Notes under the pieces: generated by a model | The model's database searches: none | Seen by the model: the letters and a program-made list of their open reading frames with translations, nothing else | Told to the model about the DNA's origin: nothing | NCBI GenBank assembly: GCA_000708835.1 | Contig: DF237037.1 | Coordinates: 124,001 to 188,000, forward strand | Length of the DNA: 64,000 nucleotides | From: Klebsormidium nitens | Taxonomy: Eukaryota; Plantae; Klebsormidiophyceae | Reading direction: 5' to 3' | Translations under genes and position numbers: made by a program | Shown: positions 47,301 to 58,400 of the stretch, one piece after another | Layout: every line of letters starts with the position of its first letter | Numbering within the stretch: the stretch's first letter is position 1

Positions 47301-50300
47301 AAGATGCTCATTTTCGGCGACCACTTGCAGGAGGCCGGCAACTACAAGGTCGCCCACACGCAGCTGCTGCAGACTTTCTTAGAGCTGCAGAGTCACGGCC
47401 GGCGGCCCCCTTCGGAGCTCAGCCGCCAATTGATGCTGCTGCACTCGTACGTGCTGGTCAAGACGCTGGTGAAACTGGGCGACCACGAGTGAGTGATTTG
47501 GCCTTATTTGTCGCCTAATAAGTTAGAAGAAGTCGCCAATTGGTGTTTCTGCACTCGTACGTGCTCTTGAAGACGCAGGTCAAACCGGGCGACCACGAGT
47601 GAGTAATCTGGCTTTCTTGGTCGCCTCATGATGTAGAAGCAGCCGCCAATTGATGTTGCCTCACTCGTACGTGCTTGTAAACACGCTCTTCAAGTTGGGC
47701 GACCAAATGCGAGTGTTGTGGCTGCTTTCTGTAGCCCTTTCCCTCTTCAAAAGCCGTCGTCAGACTTGCCGCTGCACACTGGGCGATGACGGCTGAGCAA
47801 TCTGACTCTCTTTTTGCTTGACTCTATAAGTGTATCGCCAACTCGTACGCGCTCGTTAAGACGCTGGTCAAGTAGGGCGACCACGAGTGAGTGACTCGGA
47901 TGTCTTTGTCGCCTTCTTCCTTTTATACTGAGAAGCAGCCGTAAGCTTTGTCTCCAGCCGCCAGCCTTGCCGCCATTATCAACCCCTTATCTCACTGGCG
48001 CGCATGCGACATCCGAGTAATTCACGCCAACCTGGCCTTAGTACGATTCCCGCCCCTCTCCCTCAAGGACCCCCCCTTAGTTCCCCGCATATCTCCAACC
48101 CCCAGGTCCGCCGCGCGCATGCTGATCCGCGTGTCCCGCGACAATCTTGTCCAGAAACAGGTTACCACTCGTTTTTGCCAAGGACCCTCCCTGGATTCCC
48201 CGCCATTCTCGACCCCCCAGGCCCGCTACGCGCATGCACAATCACATCTGGCATGCCAATATTACTTGGATGTACAATCCACTCGAATACTTCCACTTAT
48301 CTCCCCGACATCCACCCCCCCAGGTCCACTGCGTGGATGCTGACCCGCGTGTCGCGCAATGTCTCTGATGAATGCAGATCTCGCTTCTTGGTCAAGGACC
48401 CCTCCTCAAAATCCCCGCCATTCTCACCCCCCCAGGTCCGCCGTGCGCATGCTGATCGGCGTGTTGCGCAACACCTCAAATGTCACATAGTCAACTTCAA
48501 TACCTTAGTCTCGAGGACCCCCCCTAAACCGTACCCCGACCCCTACCACTNNNNNNNNNNNNNNNNNNNNNNNNNNNNNNNNNNNNNNNNNNNNNNNNNN
48601 NNNNNNNNNNNNNNNNNNNNNNNNNNNNNNNNNNNNNNNNNNNNNNNNNNNNNNNNNNNNNNNTTCAATCCTTGCTCGAGGACCCCCCCCCTAAATCCCC
48701 CCGCCATACCCATCTCCCCAGGTCCGCTGCGCGCATGCTGATCCGCGTGTCGCGCGACTACCTGGCCTGATTAGACATTCGGCTCAGAGGCCTCAAGGGC
48801 CCCCCCTTATTTTCTTGCAATTTCTCTCCCCCAGGTCCGCCGCGGGCATGCTGATTTGGGTGTCGCACGAAAACCTTTGCCTAAACATACGTTTTACTCA
48901 TTTTTGATAAGGGACCCCCCCTAAAATTTCCCGCCGTTCCCACCCCCCAGGTCCGCCGCGCGCATGCTGATCCGCGTGTCGCGCAACATCTCCAAGTTCC
49001 CCGCGCACGTGGTGCCCATCCTCACCTCCACCGTCATCGAGTGCCAGCGCTCAGGGCTGCGCAACACCGCCTTCGAATACGCGTCCATGTTAATGCGCCC
49101 CGAGTACCGGTGAGTTGGGACCTTACAGAAGCCTTTGGAATTCGGCACCCGAACTGGCGATACTTTGGCGCTCATGCGGCCAGAGTACCGGTTGGGCGAA
49201 GGTACTGGCAGAAATGTTTCGACGGTGACTGCGATACTCAGAGTTCCTGTGACACTTAGAGTATTGGAGTTTTGGAGTTTGGGGAAAGTGGATATGGGGT
49301 GGCCAGATTGTCGTTTTCAAGGTCCCAGAAAGCGGGAAGCCCAGACTTGAGGAGCCACGGTAACCTCTGCGAGGTCGCTCATTCAACTTTCCCCGCAAAG
49401 AAGGTAACGTCGGTGGGACTACACGCGGAAAATGTCTGCGTGCAGCGTTGGTACTAGCTCTCTGAGGATTGGACTGGGTGTTCAACAGTCTGCAAAGGGA
49501 GTATCGCAGCCAGGCACGGCCATACCTCCAAAACGTCTCTCACCGTCCCTTGTCTTGTAATGACTCCACGTGGCGTCCGACGTGTCGTACAATGGACACC
49601 TTGAATCCCCAAGGGCCAAACCATCTACTCAATCAAGCCCCATGCTTCGGTTCGGGCTTTGAAATTTAATGTATGTGTGTAATCAATCTTCCATCTTTTT
49701 CCATAGGGCCTCCATTGCGGCCGCGTACAAGAAGAAGATCGAGGACGTGGTGCGCCGGCGCGAGCGCGGCGACGAGGCCGACGAGCCCGCGGCCGCGTGC
49801 CCGCACTGCGCGGCCGCGATCCCGGCGACGCAGCTCGAGTGCCCCTCGTGCAAGAACAGCCTCCCGTACTGCGTCGCCACGGGGCGCCACATGGTGCTCG
49901 GGGATTGGACCACGTGTCCCGAGTGCACGTTCCCCGCGCTTGCGAGCGAACTCACCAAGGTACGAAGCGAGTCGTCCGTTCCAGACTTCAAAGTGCTCTC
50001 TCTTGGCAATGCAAGTATTTTCCGTTCATTTGCTTTCCCCTAGCTGCGTTTACAATCCTGGCTTTTACAATTTGGGACTTCAAGGGTTTCAGGGTTGAGT
50101 TTAAAGTACAGGAGTAGCTGCGGTGTGTCTTTCTTTCCTGCCGAGATGCTTATGCTGACGTCAGCAAGACACACAATGTTCGCCAGCGTCTTGCGAAATA
50201 TGCAGCGCCCTCCAATGTCACTGGGCTTGTATCAGCGCCCTTGTGCGCGCGCGCACCTGCCACAACGAATTCTCTTTTGCGCACTGTCAACCGGTCCTTT

Positions 50301-51028
50301 TTCTTTCCAAGCTTCTTTGCTGCTCGGCAACTTTCCAGGATGTAAGTTGCGAGTCCCTGCAAAAGCAGCGGTGGACATGACGCGTGTCCGAATGCGGGAT
50401 GCCGTCGGTACTGACACGTGTCGTGCGTCGTGAAGGTGCTGGAGCTGGACGGCTGCTGTCCGATGTGTTCCGCGCGGCTGGATCCGTCCGCGCTGCAACT
50501 GGTGAGCGGAACGTTCGTTGTCTTTTCCTGTGTTACGTTGTCTCGATAATCCATCGCAGACTGTTGGCGCGCTGCTCCATGCTTGGACCGGGGCCTTTGC
50601 GGCTACCTCTCCCAAGACGTTTCGGTTTCTTTCTCTAAGACCACCAAACGGCGAGATTGTTATGGTAGTAATCGTGTGTATTGTTCTGCATCTGTGATTA
50701 TCCGATCTATTCGCTGTCAGCTCGATATAGTGGATCCCGTCAAGTATCATAGCCCATTTCAAGGCAATGCAGGCTTTCGCAGATCTGACGTTAGCCGCTC
50801 ATTAAACAACGCTTCGCAAGCTTCAAAGACAAACCCTCGTGTCCATCTCAGGAATATCAGGACCGAAGATACTACCAACTCCAGAGCGAGCGCTGTGTCC
50901 TCCCAGAGTCGTCGTGCCACGTGCTCTTACTCTTTTCAGTTCAGTTCGCCGCCTCTTCGGCGCCTCAGACTGGTCCTCTCTCTCTGCAGTTGGCCAATCC
51001 TCTGGCGGGCCTCAGGAAGAATGCCTGA
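35375..51028 (+). CDS. IFT144: WD repeat-containing protein 19 / intraflagellar transport protein 144 (IFT-A subunit)
   Basis: Phase-consistent exons: 35375-35377 (ATG only), 35721-35819, 36367-36527, 37165-37327, 37739-37867, 38150-38227, 38455-38574, 39078-39203, 39720-39821, 40304-40516, 40937-41110, 41844-42596, 43130-43387, 43925-44218, 44639-44767, 45204-45439, 46120-46342, 46701-46880, 47331-47488, 48951-49109, 49707-49959, 50436-50501, 50990-51028 (last exon least certain). Hallmark WDR19 motifs: [141 protein letters not shown]. Confidence 0.96.
36143..36379 (+). repeat. About four copies of a 57-bp tandem repeat straddling the acceptor of IFT144 exon 36367
   Basis: Unit approximates TCTTATGCA.TT..TTTCAT.AA.CC.T.CGCAAACTGCAG|CG.AGGGTCTGCA; the last copy is the functional acceptor. 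Confidence 0.93.
36985..37075 (+). repeat. Degenerate copy of the acceptor plus 5' part of IFT144 exon 37165
   Basis: CTGCTGTATGCGCCAGCGACGGAAGGAGCGGACCACGGTGGAGA versus the real CTGCTGTATGCGCCGGCGACGAAGGAACGCACCAAAGTGGAGA. Confidence 0.88.
40100..40160 (+). repeat. Near-identical copy of the acceptor plus start of IFT144 exon 40304
   Basis: CCACCTTCATTTGCAG GAGATCAAGTCCGTACCAGCTGACGCTCGACGCGGGCGC versus the real CCACCTTCGTTTGCAG|GAGATTAAGTCCGACCAGCTGACGCTCGACGCGGGCGC (1-nt insertion in the copy). Confidence 0.92.
41180..41210 (+). repeat. Short copy of the donor of IFT144 exon 40937-41110
   Basis: GTTCAGGAGGTGCGCTT versus the real GTCCAGGAG|GTGCGCTT. Confidence 0.65.
43453..43497 (+). repeat. 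Copy of the 3' end plus donor of IFT144 exon 43130-43387
   Basis: GAGATGGCGAAATAATCTGGCAGTGGGACCTAGGTGAGG versus the real GAGATGCGGAAGGACCTGCGGCAGTGGGACCAG|GTGAGG. Confidence 0.8.
45925..46145 (+). repeat. Three copies of the acceptor context of IFT144 exon 46120
   Basis: CGCGCAG GCCCGAGGAGGCGTTCGAGCTC is identical at AG positions 45938, 46024 and 46119 (real). Confidence 0.95.
47530..47900 (+). repeat. Three to four degenerate copies of the 3' end plus donor of IFT144 exon 47331-47488
   Basis: CACTCGTACGTGCT....AAGACG....AA...GGGCGACCACGAGTGAGT recurs at ~47550-47604, ~47660-47715 and ~47845-47892. The GACCACGA|GTGAGT donor is intact at 47598 and 47886. Confidence 0.92.
47990..48990 (+). 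repeat. Tandem array (~103-116-bp period, at least 7 copies plus a gap) of the acceptor plus start of IFT144 exon 48951
   Basis: CCCAG G(T/C)CC.C.GCG.GCATGC.... occurs with the AG ending at 48105, 48220, 48323, 48435, 48721, 48834 and 48950 (real). The inter-core sequences share AGGACCCCCC...AAAT..CCGCCA. Confidence 0.95.
48551..48663. other. Assembly gap (113 N) inside the junction-repeat array
   Basis: Run of N; its length is about one repeat unit. Confidence 0.99.
49158..49196 (+). repeat. Copy of the 3' end of IFT144 exon 48951-49109
   Basis: GCGCTCATGCGGCCAGAGTACCGGTTGG versus the real ATGTTAATGCGCCCCGAGTACCG|GTGAGTTGG. Confidence 0.75.
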
Positions 51029-52583
51029 CGCCCCGTGACGTCAGGATGTCTTGTAAGTTGGCTGCTTCCTGTTGGATAGGCGCACAGCGGGGAAGCGCAG
51101 TCACATTCCAAATCCTTCTCTTCAGGTGGGTTGCTTCCCGGGGAATACTTGCGGAGCGCGATCTTGTCACTTTGTTGTACGTAAATAAGCGGTGATCCAG
51201 CGAAGATGCATGCTTTTGGCCCAGAAAAAGTGCGATGAGCGGGTTCGTAAGTCGGTCTGAGTTCCCGTTGATCCTGCCGGCCCGATATCCTCATGCTCTG
51301 CATACAGTTTGGAGTCTACGTGTCCTGCGCGGCCACTCACATGGCATCTGATCTGCCCGATCCCAATGGAGAACGGTGTTTTTTGCCCAAGTCCATGGCC
51401 GCAGCAAAGAACGTGTTGAATCGTTTGCCGAGCGAACGGAAACATGCCTGCACTGAAAATTTTATCAGATGCTGCTCTCAGTACATGATATGTTGCGCCG
51501 CCAAGAATCAATGCCAACACCTACATACGTAGCGCGCTCTAAAGAGATGTATTCTTTGACTTGAACCATCGTTACATGAGCACGCGTAGCCTTGTCGGAA
51601 GCAAGTTTGAGATCGTATCTGCCATATATAATATTCCGATATTATCTGTGATATGACATACACATTGCCATATATAGCGCGCACTGGTCAAATTTGATCA
51701 TGATCTACTCACCTCATTTTACATACTACGAAGCCTTACCAAAAACAGTTCGAGCAGCGAGATGATCATTCACATGCAGGCTTGGCGCCGCAGTAACTCA
51801 AATTGTTTCATCCTTAGGCCCCTGGCCGCCCAGGGCGGCTAAAAAGTTGTTAACATTTGAGCGCAGAGCCTGGCATGCGCACCGCATGACAATGAGTCGC
51901 ATGCATGAAAGGGTGTTGTGTGGGCGCACTGCACATGAGCTAGCTGAGCGGAACTTGTGTTGATGCATTTTCCGGTAAATTAAGTTGCAGTTCTTGCTTG
52001 AAGACTCAGAGCAAGCCGTGAGAAGCAAATTAATTCACGAGCAAGTATTGCGAGCATGATTCAAAGATATGCCGCCTTAACGAAATCTGATAGTGAGCCA
52101 TGCATGAGACAAAAGATGGGCTGCTACGAGGGTGAGTCGCGAACTGAACATATCAAGATGTGGAAGAAAAATTGGTCAAATGTATCAATGCTTAGTTAGG
52201 CTTGGGAGTTAGTCAAAAGTCTTGCGAGCTGTTGACGGCTATGGCTGGATTAACTGCATGTGTGTCGATTGCCCTTTTGACCCCGGTCTTGTAGAGCGCA
52301 AACCTGACTACAAGTAACAACACCCCAGGCGAACTTATGCGAGAAGTTTCATCAAATGCCTAACGCTAACCATCTGATTCTGCAGAAGGCTAGCTAAGTT
52401 GGCGCACGCTCTATCAGGATCGGGAACCGAGTCCCTGCCTGCAATCAAAATGCGAGCACCGTATGCAAAAGCTTGTTACTATGGTACAACTGGGTTAGGG
52501 ACGCTTGACCCAGTGACAAACGAGGACTGCCGCTGCCTCACAGTTTTGACTCCATTCCCCCAACTCGCGCAGACTTCCTACCC

Positions 52584-52953
52584 CTACGCGTGCAGATAAG
52601 TAACCGGTCTTTGCAGACCCCAAGTCTCTACGCGTGCAGATCACTACTCTCCCTACGCGTGCGAATAAAGTAAGCGTGCAAATCAAGTAAAGCGTGCCAC
52701 AACACTATGCGTGCAAGTAACGTAAAGCGTGCAAGTAAACTAAGCGTGCAATAAACTACTTTCCCTGCGCGTGCAAACAAACTCCTGTCCCTGCGCGAGC
52801 AAATAGACTACATTCCCTGCGCGTGCAAAGAAAGCTATAACTCTTCCTACGCGTGCGAAAGTAAGCTCCAAAGGGGTCTTGGAAGTCCCCGTTTTCCTAC
52901 GCGTGCAAGTCTCCAAACTGGTCTTTGCAGACCATCTATCCCTGCGCGTGCGA
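52584..52953. repeat. Array of ~14 same-orientation GCGTGC(A/G) cores, bracketed by two copies of the palindrome-like GGTCTTTGCAGACC
   Basis: Cores are spaced ~15-50 bp apart; GGTCTTTGCAGACC lies at 52606-52619 and 52920-52933. Confidence 0.85.
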
Positions 52954-53085
52954 TTTCTGCAGCGAAGCGAGGGAGCGGGCAGCCAAACTGCGAAGGTCCG
53001 GAACAGTCGAGTCTAGTTCTCCTTTCAATTCCTCGTCGCGAAGTGACTATTCCGTTCAGCTCAAGTGACGAGTAGTTCCGCTGCT

Positions 53086-55419
53086 TCACTGACCCTCTCG
53101 GTCCTTGTTTTTGGGCCGTGCCTTTCCGCCCAGGTTAAAACCGCCCATCAAACTGCCACTCGTGCTGCTGCCAGCTGTCGAACTCCCGCTTCCGACCGCC
53201 CAGAGCCAGTTACCGAGCGAGGGGCTCGGCGCGCGCATCGGGAAGCTTGCGGTGGCGGCCGCGACAGCGGCCGGCGCACCCTCCGAGTATCCGAACGCGT
53301 CCGCTCCCGGGGGGTACGGGTGGTCGAGCGGATCGACTGCGACCGGCCCCCCCGTGAAAACTTCGCGGAACGCCTCGTCGAGGGTCATGTCCCCGGTTAA
53401 GGCGGGCGGGAAAAGGCGGTTCGTGGGGTCCAGCTGACCGGGGTAAGGGGCGGTAAACCCGGTTCGAGGAACCGGGGTTTCGTGGGGGGTTAGTCTGGCT
53501 GTAATATCGGACGCAGGTAGGGGCAACGGGGCCAGGATCGACGGTAAACGGGCCGGGCGGTTAACCCCCGGAAAACTCGCCGGGATTTGCGAAACCTCCG
53601 GGAAGGGAGTCGTGGGTACCGCGGGGGGTGACGTCAGCAGCGACCGGGCGTACTGCGACGCGAAGGTCGGGAGTTCCGGGGCGGAAACCCCCGGGCGGAA
53701 CGGGTCCGAACGGAAGTTCGGCAGGGCGGCCAGCTGTGGCGGACTGGGGGCCCGCTGGGCGCCCGGCGAGAACGGCCGCTCGCGCTTGGGGATGAGCAGT
53801 GTCGCGATTCCACTGGGGGGTTCCGGTGAGGCGCGTTTGCCCCCCCTCTTGGCTGTGCGAGTTTCCTCACGCGCGTCTGGAATGCGGAGGGGGGTGATGT
53901 CGATTTCACCGGAACGGGGGGTCGCCGCAGGCCCTGTGGCTGACCCCCGGGAGGTGGTCGGGAGCGGGGGACAGTTGGCGTGCTCTGCTCGGATTGCGTT
54001 TAACTGGGCAGGAAGAAAACAGAAAGGATAGGGTCAGAAGGAATCGAAGCGTCGTAGTAACTCCCGTTTCCCTCAGTGCTATCGAAGATGCACAGTGCTG
54101 AAAGTTGTCACCGGTTTGTCGCAGACGAAGCTACGGAGGCCGAAAGCGTGCTCCCCAGCTCCCCAAACGAAGACTGCATCGAAAGAACACACTAGTAGAT
54201 TGTGCGAGAACAGTCAGGCCCCGCACAAGCTGTACTAGCACGACCTCAGCACGGCAATCCGGCGATGGAAAAGAAACTGGATCGAGCGCAAGAACTCTAG
54301 AGACCGACGACAGAGACTCCGCGGATCGAGCGCAAGTACTCTAGAGACAGGCAACAGAGACTCCGCGGAAAAGAAAGTCACAAACCCACTATCTTACAAA
54401 CCCGAAAACGAACCCCACCAACCCAATAACCAAACCCACCTCGTGCCGCAACTGCTGGTTCTCTAGGTACGCCAAATCCAGGCGGCGCTTCATGACGTCA
54501 AAGTCCTCTTTGAGCTGGCGGGCGCGCTGACGCGTGCGCCTGTTGTGGAACCAGCTCGCAATCTGGTTCTGCGGGACGCCGAACTCTCGTGCGATAGCCG
54601 CGCGCGTCTCTGCAAACCAGGTTTTATACAGGTTTAGCACTGGCTTCCCTTTTGTTACTTCCGAGCTACAGTATCCTATTTTGCTTGTGGCCTTCTTTTC
54701 AAAGTCATGTGCAACTGCTGTGTGCACCTTTGTAGGCTAATCTCATCGTTCTGACGTCATCGCTGATCATAGCAGTCGTAATCTAGCGTTTCGCAACGGA
54801 GTGGTTGCTTCTCTAACCTTCCCAGATCCCAAGTAGGCTTTCCTTCCCACAGTTGCTAATCGTGCACTTCAAAGCCGTCCTCTGTTCAGCTTCTACTGTT
54901 TAACCCACCCTCTTCAAACCGCCCTACACCTGCTGCGGTTCATTGATACCAAAAGCTTTCGGAACACCATTTTTACCAGCTCGAGTTGGCCTAACCAGCC
55001 TATCTTAACCCGACCACTCACCCGTCGGCGGCCCGGTCGGCTCCTTCTGAAAGATCCGCTCTAGTTCCTGCACCTGCGCCTCCGTCAGCCGCTTCCGCTT
55101 CTCCCCCCCCTCCGGATCCTCCCCAATGCCCCCCCCGGGCTCTCCCCCCCACTCTGGCTGTCCGAAAGCTCCGTCCGAAGGCTCTGCTCAGCCGTCAGAC
55201 GCGTTGGCGTGGACGCCGTCCGAAAGCCCATCTCAACCGTCGATCTCAACGGCCCAGATGCCGTACGCGGGAGTTGCTCAGTGGGCGGTTTGACCGGCGC
55301 CGATGTGGGCACCAGGGGGGTTTTCGGGGACGGCACGCGCGGGGGGGGCTGAGGAACCCCCTGAAGCGAGGTGAGGAGCTCCTCGAGGGCCTCGGGCGAT
55401 GTGAGCCCCTCGGTGATTT
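53086..55419 (-). CDS. Homeodomain-leucine zipper (HD-Zip-like) transcription factor; 5' end unresolved, apparent frame breaks
   Basis: An exon ending at 55022 gives EKRKRLTEAQVQELERIFQKEPTGPPT. Exon 54609-54440 gives ETRAAIAREFGVPQNQIASWFHNRRTRQRARQLKEDFDVMKRRLDLAYLENQQLRHE (helix 3 plus zipper). A long Pro/Ser-rich last exon runs from ~54007 to the stop at 53086. Confidence 0.8.
54280..54367. repeat. Two-copy 44-bp tandem repeat in the HD-Zip intron
   Basis: GATCGAGCGCAAG(A/T)ACTCTAGAGAC......ACAGAGACTCCGCG occurs twice. Confidence 0.85.
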
Positions 55420-58400
55420 CTGCAGGGTTATGAAGCTGGTTAGCACCGACTTGGAAACCTGAGCTTTAACCCAGGTGGTTCTGCGTACCTTCTTCTTGAA
55501 CTGGCGTCGCATAGCTCAGTCACAGTGAACCCGCAGAATTCGCCCCCGAGGTGCGGCGAGCCTTGACAGTATTGCAATTGACAGCGGCAATTCAGGGTTT
55601 CGATCTTGTTATCTAACAATGCTGTGACCGTAGCCATGGATGAGCAGGCAGCTTTGTTGCTCTTGATCAGCAATCGGTTGATGTGAGCTTTCTGGGGCTG
55701 GGCAGCTTGTAAGCTGGCTCACTTGTGGAGCTAGAAGCTGCTCAGGCCTTTACGTAGCACCACCTTCAGTCCGGTAAACTTTTGCAATTCTAGCTCCGCA
55801 GCAAAAACCTGTCACTTTAAGGTGCACAGCACTGGAGCCCAACACTGTGGTGCTTTTTGCCAGCTGAGAATGTCATCATAAGGTGAAGGTTGCGGTCGAG
55901 GGTGGTCGGTTTCCGAGGAGAACTCCCTTATTAGAAGGAATTTACCATAGGGAACCGAGAAGCCCATGAGAAAACTCACCATCAATGTCCATGCCATGAC
56001 CACCACTCATACCGAACCCCGGCAGGTCGTCCCACCCCGTGTGAAAAAGCCCGATTGCGAGCTCCAGCTTGACGTGAATAGGCCCGCAGCTGGCGCCAGC
56101 TCAGCGGTGCCAGTGTGCGCGCAGTGCCGAGGATGGTGTGAACAGGCGCCACTTTCTGTTGGGCGCGTTTTTTTGTATGCAATGTTGCTAGATTTATTCA
56201 AGAAAGGTCATCCAGTGGGCAGCTGACAAATGCTGGCAACACGCTGAGCATATATGAGTAGTGGGCATAAGAGGCGAAAGCAGTCCCCGGGCTTTCTGCG
56301 CTTTTGAAATCACAGGCGTCTGTGAATTGGCGTGGGTTTTGCGCGCTAGACTGGACAGCTGAATGTTGCAGTCCGGAAAATGGGTGCCCTTGTCAAAGCC
56401 TCTGTGCTCTGTTGATTCAATGTGCGAAGCGCTGCACCGGAGTTCTGGACTCATACGAAGGTTTCAAAGCTGTTCACATCATCTTTCAAAGTCTGCTTCC
56501 AGACCAATTGTCACCTTCTGGTCTGAGTTTGTCGACTATTTCTGGTGATATTTCGCAGCTGCTCTTGCAAAGCGAGCTGCAAATGTATGCTGCGGAAATC
56601 TACGAATCCGGGCGTTCTTGTATACTGAGAAGTTTGTGGCGGCAAAGTAGGTGTAATCTTCAAAGGAAGAGGCTAGAGTAAGTAGAGTTTATCAGAGTGC
56701 AGATCTGACAACTGAATGTCTCTGAGAACAGCCTGCAGAGGCCGCAGACAAATGTTTAACGTGGATTAGAATGTGCATGCAGAGCACAGACAGCGAGATG
56801 CTCTCAGTATCTCCATAGTTACTTTGGGCCTGACTCGAAAACTCTTCCCATCATTCGTAACACGTGCATTATGCACCTCTGAATTAACGTGTCAATACCA
56901 CCCTGGCAGAAAGTAACTGTCTCCCCACGTGGGAAGTTGAATACTTGCGATTGAATCTCACTCTCGGCCAATCAAATCAGCCGAAAGCTGACGCTGACTA
57001 CAGTTGACCCCAGTAGTATCGTGACTCGCACATTAAAATTTGGAAGTGAATGTAGTCAACACGTGGTTGCTGAATTACATCATACGCTTTCTTTACCGGT
57101 AAGGTAATGGTATTCAAAATGTACCAGCACGGAATACCGGCATCCGTATGGCCGACATTCTTAGTACTTACCAGCATGGTTCTGTTGACGGTGTTTGACC
57201 AGCACGATTGCTTGGACGCCTTTGTGCCCAGCCTAGATACAATTAGACCCTACGGCATGTCCCTTCAACTAGTATCCGACGACGCAGACGTGGTACAAGT
57301 TGCGAATTGACCACCCTGACCGTCGGATAGGTCACGGCTCAAACCGTCCAAGTCCAACCGAACCAGACGGTGTCAAAGCGTGGATGCTGTTGGTCAGTTC
57401 TCAAAGTTGACACTCGGTATCCACCCTGAACCGGCCAAGGCAATCTGTAAATGTATAAAGAGCAACCGCCAGGAAGCCTTTCTGACCGGGGGAACGTGAA
57501 TTTTGACGACCGTTCAGCCGTTCGGTACAAAACGGCGCGCGCCGTCTGCCAGATGCAAGGCCAATTCGCGAGGCGTTCTAATAAACGTCAACGGGGCTGT
57601 CTCCTCAGGGACTTGAACCGGTGTATATTTCTCCTTCACTAGCTGGCCCTTCAGTAGCTTCTGGCAGTTCTGGCCCTGGCCCGCCTGGGCCTTCTCTCTT
57701 GTCGATCGTCCAAGTTCACATGTACCCTGGCAACTGAACTAGTAGGGAGAGTGGCGTGAAAGCCCATTGTCGCTTTGCAGTGCATGCAGCTTGTGGCTCG
57801 AGCTTGTGGCGCCCACCAGTTTCGCCTTGTGAGCGGAGCCAAAATGTAAATGAAAGCATACTATTGCAGGGGTGATCATAAAGTAAGAACCCTTTGGTGC
57901 GTCTTCTTGCGCTTCCAGCTATAGTAATAGTGAAGCCTGCACGTCGCTCGTCTGTCGCATCAAGGTGAAAGTCTCATCAGCTCGTGTTCAAAGCCTGGAA
58001 CCTTCACAAGGATATGAAAGGCAATGCTGGTCGCAATTGTTAGTCTTTGGTCTGTGTCGGTGATTGGGAGAAATGGCACAAGGAGCTTACCAGCTTGCTC
58101 AATCTTACATCCATAACTCGACCACGTGGGGTCGATCGCTCAAAGGGCAGACCACCTTTGGGCTGCTAGATCCAAGCCATCAAACATGTCTTCAATTAGG
58201 GTTTGGCAATCGGTTACCCGTGCCAATACATAGTCATCGGCAAATTCTCCTTTCTCAATGCATGCAAACGATTACAGCGTTTGGAAAAGAATGCAGAGGC
58301 TCTAATGGAACGCAGAAAAGTCTGTGGGTTGAAAGCGGAAGAAAAAAAGGGGCGGTGAAAACCAGCGCGTTGGGTTCAGACGTGGGGGCGGAAGCAGGAG

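Noticed and set aside
47990-48990. CRISPR-like appearance (conserved ~35-bp core with variable intervening sequence)
   Set aside because: The 'spacers' are homologous to one another, the core is the IFT144 acceptor plus exon start, no cas genes are present, and the context is eukaryotic.
53105-54031. Plus-strand Gly/Arg-rich ORFs
   Set aside because: They are antisense shadows of the GC-rich last exon of the HD-Zip gene.
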